Shown here: piece by piece, positions 38,531-45,564 of the stretch
How the letters are laid out: each line of letters opens with the position of its first letter
Position numbering within the stretch: the stretch's first letter is position 1
Source of the DNA: Maridesulfovibrio sp.
GTDB taxonomy: Bacteria > Desulfobacterota > Desulfovibrionia > Desulfovibrionales > Desulfovibrionaceae
Direction: 5' to 3'
NCBI RefSeq assembly: GCF_963677005.1
Contig: NZ_OY781616.1
Span: 2,040,766-2,104,765 of the forward strand
Length of the DNA stretch: 64,000 nt
Notes under the pieces: model-generated
What the model was told of the DNA's origin: nothing
The model's database searches: none
What the model saw: the letters and a program-made list of their open reading frames with translations, nothing else
Program-made: the position numbers and the translations under genes

Positions 38531-38786
38531 AGATGCCGACCGTTGTTACCGTCCAAGCGGTAAGGGCCTTCCCCCAAGAAGGCCCCGCAACAGGATGAAA
38601 AAGAGGGATATACCGGAAATTTTCGTGGATTCGGAGATTCCGGCGGCTGAGGTTACGGGTTCCACATACCATTTAAGTTTTCACGGAGGACGAAACTGCA
38701 CTGAAACAGCACATCCAGTTTCTACCGGTAGTTTCCAGGCCATAAGGCCAGTTCAAGAATCATTCTAAGTTTTAAGGATTGATCCG

Positions 38787-39263
38787 TTGAAGAACAGATA
38801 TATACCCATAACACTTATCGTCGCTGTATGCCTCATTGCTGCTGCGGCCGGATTTCTCTTCCCGCCATCAGAACCGGAAACCCCGGTTCGAGTTGTGTTG
38901 GACAACAGCGGCGGAAGAGTAATCTTCACCCACGTTACCCACACAGAAGATTTCGGCTACGAATGCTCCGACTGTCACCATGACGAGATCGGACAGGACA
39001 AGCCTCTTCCGTGCGGCTCATGTCACCCCAAGGCGTTTGATGAAAAATTCCGCAAGGCACACCAGAAGAACTTCGCGAACACCGAAGCCTGCCTTCGCTG
39101 CCATGAAAATGTTCCCACCGGTCCCCTTGCCGAAGAGGACAGGCCGGATACCGAAAATATTCCTTTACGGTCTGAGGCCTTCCACACCCAGTGCATGAGC
39201 TGTCATGAAAACGATGGCGGTCCCTACGGCGAAAACTCCTGTTACACGTGCCACGCGAGGTAG
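38787..39263 (+). CDS. Membrane-anchored or periplasmic multiheme cytochrome c (five CxxCH motifs), first gene of the rnf cluster
   Basis: The signal/anchor segment is IPITLIVAVCLIAAAAGFLF. The heme motifs are CSDCH, CGSCH, CLRCH, CMSCH and CYTCH. TTG start with AAGGA upstream. Confidence 0.85.
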   Translation: MKNRYIPITLIVAVCLIAAAAGFLFPPSEPETPVRVVLDNSGGRVIFTHVTHTEDFGYECSDCHHDEIGQDKPLPCGSCHPKAFDEKFRKAHQKNFANTEACLRCHENVPTGPLAEEDRPDTENIPLRSEAFHTQCMSCHENDGGPYGENSCYTCHAR

Positions 39264-39268
39264 TTTAG

Positions 39269-40408
39269 ATGCTCAAGATTCATTATTCATTGGAATCAGA
39301 TGCCAGAGACGCCATCAGCGAAATATCCGCGCCGGCAGAACTGAACATCCGGGTGCGCAACCTCGTCCTGAACACCAAAAAGGGACAGAGCCTTGCCCGT
39401 GGCGACATGATCGCCGAGCACCCTTCAAAATACGGTGGAGCCTACCATGCGTCAGCGTCCGGCAAGGTTTCCAAAATAAATTATCATAACATGACCATCC
39501 AGTGCGATGCGGCCGGAACCGCTGTCGAGCCTCTGGATGTGCAGTCCATGGGCCCGGGCAAGGATCTGCTGCGCACACTGCAGGGACTGGGGATTGATAC
39601 GGCTCCCCTGGCCTCAAGCAGCGAAAGGCTGGTCATCAACGGTCTCAATCCCGAACCGGGAATCACTGTGGCCGAGGTTCTCCTTGAAACTGAAAAAGAT
39701 GTGATCGAGACAGGTCTGCGCATAGCCCAGTCCATGATCACCCCTGTGCAGACGGTGCTGGCGGTAGCTTCCGGAACATCCTATTCCCTTACCGGTGCGG
39801 AAACATTCTTCATAAAACCGAAATATCCGCGTTCTCTGGACGCATTGGTTGTGAAAAAAATAACAGGGAAGGAATTCCCGGCCGACACCAAAGTGATCAG
39901 CGTGATGGACCTCTACAACATCGGTCTCGCCGCAGAAAGCGGACTTCCGGTGACCGATACGCTGATGACCGTCAACAAGCGCAATTACCGCGTCCCGCTC
40001 GGAACACCGATCAGCCACCTGCTTAACGAACTGGATCTGCCCGTAAAGTCAGGAGACAAGGTTGTACTGGGCGGCCCCTTCCGCGGGGAAGCTGTCTACA
40101 GTCTGGATGAAGGTGTAAAAAAGGGAGACTACGGCCTGTTTGTCATCACAGCCGGAGCGTTTCCATCCATTGAGGATGCCACCTGCATAAACTGCGGAGA
40201 GTGTGTGCTCAGCTGTCCCGGCCGCCTGCAGCCGAATTTGCTCAGCCGTTACGCAGAATATGAAATGTTCGACAAGGCCGAGCAGCACCATCTGAACAGC
40301 TGTTTCGAGTGCGGGCTGTGTTCCTTCAACTGTACGGTTCGAAGACCTATTCTGCAGTACATCCGCTTTGCAAAGGATCAGCTCCGGGCCAGCGGACATT
40401 CAGAGTAG
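39269..40408 (+). CDS. rnfC: RnfC-like subunit (short form; 2x[4Fe-4S] retained, flavin/NADH motifs not visible)
   Basis: The two ferredoxin motifs CINCGECVLSCP and CFECGLCSFNCT are present, and the overall layout is collinear with RsxC. GLGIDTAPL replaces GLGGAGFP, and INGLNPEP replaces INAAECEP. Confidence 0.8.
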   Translation: MLKIHYSLESDARDAISEISAPAELNIRVRNLVLNTKKGQSLARGDMIAEHPSKYGGAYHASASGKVSKINYHNMTIQCDAAGTAVEPLDVQSMGPGKDLLRTLQGLGIDTAPLASSSERLVINGLNPEPGITVAEVLLETEKDVIETGLRIAQSMITPVQTVLAVASGTSYSLTGAETFFIKPKYPRSLDALVVKKITGKEFPADTKVISVMDLYNIGLAAESGLPVTDTLMTVNKRNYRVPLGTPISHLLNELDLPVKSGDKVVLGGPFRGEAVYSLDEGVKKGDYGLFVITAGAFPSIEDATCINCGECVLSCPGRLQPNLLSRYAEYEMFDKAEQHHLNSCFECGLCSFNCTVRRPILQYIRFAKDQLRASGHSE

Positions 40409-40592
40409 GCTCAAGACAGCCTGCCGGGCATGAAAATGCCTCACAGGCACTTTCGTTGACGGCCACGGGGAAAGCCCCATGGATATCCCTGAATAGAGGG
40501 ACGCCGGAATACCAGGCCTCCGCTATTGATTGGACAATCATACAGGGACAAACCGGACGAACAATAAAAACCAAAGTTTCAAGGGTTTACAT

Positions 40593-41564
40593 ATGACTCC
40601 TCCAGTAATCAAAGCAATGTCCGACATTTCGGTCAGACTTACGGTCTCGCCCGCTCCGCACTGGCGCAGCAGACGAACCGTAACGAAGATGATGCAGTAC
40701 CATCTTCTGGCGCTGCTCCCCGCTCTGCTAGCGGCATTCAACATGTACGGCCTGCCGGCTCTTGCCACGGCAGGAACTGCCGGTGCCGTTGCAGTACTTA
40801 CAGAGATCCTCTGTCTGAAAATGCAGGATCGGGACATAAACGTTGATAACTTCACCGCCCTATACGAAGGGCTGCTCTTCGCCTTTCTGCTGCCTGCCAC
40901 CGCGCCGTGGTGGATGGTGGCCTGCGGAGCGGCAATCACCATCGTACTCGGCCGCACAGTCTTCGGCGGGTTCGGAACCAATCCGGTCTGTGCCCCGCTT
41001 GTGGCATGGGCTTTCTGCCGCGTCTCCTGGCCTGCCGCCATGGACATAGACCTCAACCTGGCAACATTCGCCATCAACGCTCCGCTTGACCAGCTTAAGC
41101 ACTTCGGAATCGATTCGCTCGGACAGTTCGACTATACGGACCTGTTCCTCGGCCGTCAGCTCGGAGGGTTCGGAGCTTCGCAGATCATAGCCGTGCTGGC
41201 CGGGGGAATTTTCCTCGTAGCCACCGGATGGGTTCGCATATTCATTCCTGCTGCGTTTCTGATCGGTGTTGCCGCTACAGCATCTATCTTCTGGATGATC
41301 AATCCCGAAATGTACGCCGACCCGCTCTTCCACCTGCTGACCGGTTCGGTCATGTTCGGGGCCTTCTTCCTGGCGCCGGACGTGGCATCGTGCCCGGTAG
41401 GCATCATTCCGCAGGTCCTTTACGGGCTCATCGCCGGGATCATGGTCATCATCATCAGGGTCTACGGCATCTACCCCGACGGCGTTCCCTTTGCCATCAT
41501 GGTGGCAAACATCCTGACTCCCCTGCTCGACCGGGTGCGTCCCAAACCTTTCGGAGGCAGATAA
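40593..41564 (+). CDS. rnfD: RnfD membrane subunit
   Basis: The start is at 40593 (MTPPVIKAM...SPAPHW). NqrB/RnfD-type segments are present (GFGTNPVCAPL, YPDGVPFAIMVANILTPLLD). Confidence 0.9.
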   Translation: MTPPVIKAMSDISVRLTVSPAPHWRSRRTVTKMMQYHLLALLPALLAAFNMYGLPALATAGTAGAVAVLTEILCLKMQDRDINVDNFTALYEGLLFAFLLPATAPWWMVACGAAITIVLGRTVFGGFGTNPVCAPLVAWAFCRVSWPAAMDIDLNLATFAINAPLDQLKHFGIDSLGQFDYTDLFLGRQLGGFGASQIIAVLAGGIFLVATGWVRIFIPAAFLIGVAATASIFWMINPEMYADPLFHLLTGSVMFGAFFLAPDVASCPVGIIPQVLYGLIAGIMVIIIRVYGIYPDGVPFAIMVANILTPLLDRVRPKPFGGR

Positions 41565-41567
41565 ACC

Positions 41568-42137
41568 ATGCGCGAAATAATTCATATGATCGTGGTTCTC
41601 TCCATCATCTGCGCCACATCCGGAGCAGTACTGGTCAACCTCAAGCAGGCGACCAAAGGACAGATAGAACAGCAGGTTCTGACCTATGTACAGGGCCCGG
41701 CTCTTCTTTCGGTTCTTGAAAACCGCGACAACGACCCCATCAAGGAACGCATGACCATCAAAGACGTCACCGTATTTCCGGCCATGAAAGACGGAAAACT
41801 GGTCGGCGTGGCTCTTGAATCCTTTGCCCCCGGTTATTCCGGAGATATCGGAGTCATGGTCGGATTCGATGTGAACAAGGATGAGCTTCTCGGAATAGGG
41901 ATCACCACCCAGACGGAGACTCCCGGACTTGGAACCCGCGTTACCGAACCGTCATTCACTGGCAGGTTCAAAGGACACGGACTGGGCTCCATGCAGCTGG
42001 TAGCCAAGGGCGGTGACATAGACTCGGTTGCCGGAGCCACCTACTCCTCCACCGGTACAGTGGACGCGGTACGCAAGGCTATTGAAATCTACCAGTCCAT
42101 CAAGCCGGAAATCAACCTGATCTGGAAGAAATCCTAA
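41568..42137 (+). CDS. rnfG: RnfG (periplasmic FMN-binding subunit)
   Basis: It has an N-terminal TM anchor, an FMN_bind-type segment TETPGLGTRV, and the flavinylation motif DSVAGATYSS. Confidence 0.9.
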   Translation: MREIIHMIVVLSIICATSGAVLVNLKQATKGQIEQQVLTYVQGPALLSVLENRDNDPIKERMTIKDVTVFPAMKDGKLVGVALESFAPGYSGDIGVMVGFDVNKDELLGIGITTQTETPGLGTRVTEPSFTGRFKGHGLGSMQLVAKGGDIDSVAGATYSSTGTVDAVRKAIEIYQSIKPEINLIWKKS

Positions 42138-42146
42138 GGAGATACC

Positions 42147-42833
42147 ATGAGCCGCTTAGTAAAAGAATTTGCAAAAGGACTCTGGGCCGAACTTCCTCCG
42201 TTCAGGGTTCTGCTGGGGCTCTGCCCCACGCTGGCCGTAACTTCCACTGCCGAAAACGGTCTTGGAATGGGCCTTGCGGTCGTATTCGTTCTGACCATGT
42301 CCAACCTGATCATCTCGGCGATCAGGAAAATCATACCTGCCAAGGTTCGCATAGCCTGCTTCATCGTTATCACGGCCTCGCTGGTCGTTGCCGTTGAACT
42401 GCTCATGCAGGCATATGTCTACCCGCTCTATCAGCGCCTCGGCATCTTTGTTCCACTGATCGTTGTAAACTGTCTGATACTGGGACGCGCGGAAGCCTTC
42501 GCTTCCAAAAACGGTGTGCTGCTGTCCATTGCCGATGCTCTGGGAATGGGACTCGGCTTCACCGCCTCGCTGACCTTTCTCGGTGCCATACGCGAAATCC
42601 TCGGAAGCGGAACGGTCTTCGGAGCGCAGGTCATGTGGTCCTCTTTCCAGCCGGCAGAGCTTATGGTCAAGGCACCGGGCGCTTTCGTAGCCCTGGGGGT
42701 CATCCTTGCCGGCATGAACGCCTTCAACAGGTACCAGAGCCGCAGAAAGGGCGAAACTCCGCCCGATGTGATGAATTCATCCTGCGCCGGCTGCGGAGCC
42801 TGCGGGGCAATCCAGAATCTCAAGGACAAGTAG
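42147..42833 (+). CDS. rnfE: RnfE membrane subunit with a Cys-rich C-terminal tail
   Basis: The N-terminus GLWAELPPFRVLLGLCPTLAVTSTAENGLGMG is typical of RnfE/NqrD. The tail is SSCAGCGACGAIQNLKDK. Confidence 0.9.
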   Translation: MSRLVKEFAKGLWAELPPFRVLLGLCPTLAVTSTAENGLGMGLAVVFVLTMSNLIISAIRKIIPAKVRIACFIVITASLVVAVELLMQAYVYPLYQRLGIFVPLIVVNCLILGRAEAFASKNGVLLSIADALGMGLGFTASLTFLGAIREILGSGTVFGAQVMWSSFQPAELMVKAPGAFVALGVILAGMNAFNRYQSRRKGETPPDVMNSSCAGCGACGAIQNLKDK

Positions 42834-42848
42834 GGGAGGACGCAGGAA

Positions 42849-43424
42849 ATGGAATACTTCATGCTTTTTATCTCCGCCATTTTTATCAACAACATCGTGT
42901 TGGTGCAGTACCTCGGGTCCTGTCCCTTCATGGGTACCTCCAAATCCACCGATGTTGCCATGGGAATGGGCGGAGCGGTCATATTCGTCATAATCATGGC
43001 TACCGCCATCACCTGGCCCCTGCAGCAGTATGTGCTGGTGCCTTTCGGCATCGAATACCTGCAGACCATCGTCTTCATTCTGGTCATTGCCTCGCTTGTC
43101 CAGTTTGTCGAGATGTTCCTCAAAAAGGCCATACCGCCACTGTATAAATCCCTGGGCCTGTTCCTCCCGCTGATCACCACCAACTGTGCGGTGCTCGGCG
43201 TGGCTATCATGGTCCAGCGCAACGGCTACTCCTTCATCAAGTCGGTCATGTTCGGACTCGCTTCGGGCATAGGCTTCCTGATCGCTCTGGTCATTATTTC
43301 GTCAATCCGCGAACGACTGGATATCGCGCCGGTTCCGACTGTTTTCAGAGGCGTTCCCATCGCCCTGGTAACGGCAGGAATCATGTCCCTGGTGTTCTTC
43401 GCCTTCAAGGGCATGGCAGCTTAA
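42849..43424 (+). CDS. rnfA: RnfA membrane subunit
   Basis: 191-aa, 6-TM protein. FINNIVLVQYLGSCPFMG and PLITTNCAVLG are typical of RnfA/NqrE. Confidence 0.9.
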   Translation: MEYFMLFISAIFINNIVLVQYLGSCPFMGTSKSTDVAMGMGGAVIFVIIMATAITWPLQQYVLVPFGIEYLQTIVFILVIASLVQFVEMFLKKAIPPLYKSLGLFLPLITTNCAVLGVAIMVQRNGYSFIKSVMFGLASGIGFLIALVIISSIRERLDIAPVPTVFRGVPIALVTAGIMSLVFFAFKGMAA

Positions 43425-43449
43425 CCGGACAGTCAAGGAGAGAGATAAA

Positions 43450-45564
43450 ATGGTTACATCTTCTATTGTTATTCTGTTTCTGCTGGGATTCACAGCAGCA
43501 GGCATACTTGCGGCAGCATCCAAGGTTCTGCATGTCGAAGAAGACCCCCGCATAGCCAAAGTGGAAGGCTGCTTTCCGGGCGCCAACTGCGGAGGCTGCG
43601 GTTTCCCCGGTTGCTCAGCCGCTGCAGCGGCAGTGGTCAAGGGTGACGCCGAACCGGAAATCTGCGTTGCGGGCGGACCTGAAATAGCCCAGAACATAGC
43701 CGCCATCATGGGGGTTGAGGCAGCATTCAAGGAGCCCAAAGTTGCGGGTAACATCTGCACCGGCGGTTCCAGAGCCAACCTGCTCTTTGAATACGAAGGG
43801 GTGGAAGACTGCCGCGCGGAGGCCCTGCTTTACGGGGGGGAGAAAATATGCGGACTGGGCTGCATCGGAATGGGGTCCTGCGTCAAAGTGTGCTCTTTCG
43901 ACGCAATCCGCCTCAACGACGACGGCATCCCGGTCGTAGACATGAACGCCTGCCGCTCCTGCGGCAAATGCGCGGAAGTATGCCCCACCGGAGCCATCCG
44001 CATCAGCGGCATGACCATGGACCTGCTGCACCTCAACCAGATAGACGACTGCCTGGCTCCCTGCATGCAGAAATGTCCGGCCCAGATAGACGTCCGCACA
44101 TATATAAACCAGATGAAAAACGGCAACATGCGCGGTGCTCTTTTAACCATGAAAGAACGCAACCCGCTTCCGCTGGCAGTAGGCCGTCTCTGCCCTGCTC
44201 CCTGCGAAACAATCTGCCGCCGCAATATCGCCGATGACGGTGTTGCCATCCATACCCTGCACCGCTTTGTGGCCGACTGGGAAATGAACTCCGGTTCACG
44301 TATCAAGCTGGACTGCAACCCTCCGAGCGGACATAAGGTTGCGATCATCGGTTCCGGTCCTGCGGGACTTTCCTGCGCATACTTCCTGCGCCGCATAGGT
44401 CACGAGCCCTGCCTGTTCGAAAAGCGTGAGGCAATCGGCGGCATGATGAAAGGGATCATACCGGAATACCGTCTTCCGTCCAAAGTCGTGGACTGGGAAA
44501 TCCAGTCTATCCTTGATCTTGGTGTAGATGTAAAAACCGGCGTGGAATTCGGTAAGGACATCACGCTCAAGTCTCTGGAAGAGCAGGGATACGAAGCTGT
44601 TTTCATCGCCACCGGTGCATGGAAGGTTCCTGCACTGGGCATTGAAAACGATGATGCTGAAAATGTTTTAGACGCAATCTCGTTCCTGGAAAAAGTCGGC
44701 AGGGACATCACCGACCTCAAGGGTAAAAAACTTGTTGTTGTGGGTGAAACCAATACCGCAATGGATGTAGTGCGCAGTGCCGCACGCCTCGGCTGCGATG
44801 TAACCGCACTTATCGGATGCATTCAGCGCAAGATGTCCGCCAACAAGAACGAAGTTAAACGTGCTGCCGAACTCGGCGCAGACCTCATGTACCTTACCAG
44901 CCCGACCCGCGTTATTGCGGAAGACGGAAAGGTTACCGGGATTGAATTCTGCGAAGTTCAGTATGATGACCCCAAAAAGGCGGCAGGAACACCCAAGCCG
45001 GTCAGCGGCACTGAACGCATCATTGATGCGGACATAATCGTCACCGCAACCGACCGCACGGTGGACACCGCTCCGTTCAAGGATGAAAACGGCGATCCGC
45101 TTTTCAACCTGAATAAGAAGACAGGCGGAATCAAGGCAGACGGTTCTTCACTGCGTACCGACATACCAAACGTATTTGTCGGCGGTGAAGCGTACACAGG
45201 CCGCAGTATATTGATCCAGGCCGTGGCTGACGGAAGAAGAGCCGCACGGGCCATCCATCACTACGTGACCGAAGGCGACATTCCGGACCCGCAGAATCCG
45301 CAGCTCAGGGTTATTCCCGAGTCCATTCTCAAAAACATGGAAGTCACCTACACAATCCCAAGAATCAAGGTTCCCGAAATATCCGTAGAGGAACGCCGGA
45401 ACACATTCAAGGAAGAGGTCAAGGGATCCATTGTGTACGAAGCGGCCCGCAAGGAAGGAAGCCGTTGCCTGCGCTGCGGTCTGACCTGCTACGATGCCGA
45501 AGCCGGATCGGAATATGCCGCTGACGCAGACGTTCATAAATTCAGCGAACTTCATAATGATTAA
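43450..45564 (+). CDS. rnfB: RnfB fused to a GltD/NfnB/DsrL-like Fe-S flavoprotein module (704 aa)
   Basis: Residues 1 to about 195 form the RnfB part: a TM helix, NCGGCGFPGC, CGLGCIGMGSCVKVC and CRSCGKCAEVCP. Residues about 200-704 form the flavoprotein part: CLAPCMQKCP, RLCPAPCETICRR, the FAD fingerprint VAIIGSGPAGLSCAYFL, GGMMKGIIPEYRLP, VVVGETNTAMD, and the C-terminal CLRCGLTC. Confidence 0.85.
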   Translation: MVTSSIVILFLLGFTAAGILAAASKVLHVEEDPRIAKVEGCFPGANCGGCGFPGCSAAAAAVVKGDAEPEICVAGGPEIAQNIAAIMGVEAAFKEPKVAGNICTGGSRANLLFEYEGVEDCRAEALLYGGEKICGLGCIGMGSCVKVCSFDAIRLNDDGIPVVDMNACRSCGKCAEVCPTGAIRISGMTMDLLHLNQIDDCLAPCMQKCPAQIDVRTYINQMKNGNMRGALLTMKERNPLPLAVGRLCPAPCETICRRNIADDGVAIHTLHRFVADWEMNSGSRIKLDCNPPSGHKVAIIGSGPAGLSCAYFLRRIGHEPCLFEKREAIGGMMKGIIPEYRLPSKVVDWEIQSILDLGVDVKTGVEFGKDITLKSLEEQGYEAVFIATGAWKVPALGIENDDAENVLDAISFLEKVGRDITDLKGKKLVVVGETNTAMDVVRSAARLGCDVTALIGCIQRKMSANKNEVKRAAELGADLMYLTSPTRVIAEDGKVTGIEFCEVQYDDPKKAAGTPKPVSGTERIIDADIIVTATDRTVDTAPFKDENGDPLFNLNKKTGGIKADGSSLRTDIPNVFVGGEAYTGRSILIQAVADGRRAARAIHHYVTEGDIPDPQNPQLRVIPESILKNMEVTYTIPRIKVPEISVEERRNTFKEEVKGSIVYEAARKEGSRCLRCGLTCYDAEAGSEYAADADVHKFSELHND

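Noticed and set aside
40860-43222. Long minus-strand ORFs (241 aa at 40860-41585 and 263 aa at 42431-43222) inside rnfD, rnfE and rnfA
   Set aside because: They are antisense to canonical Rnf membrane subunits. The translations are Arg/Pro/Gly-rich with no motifs.
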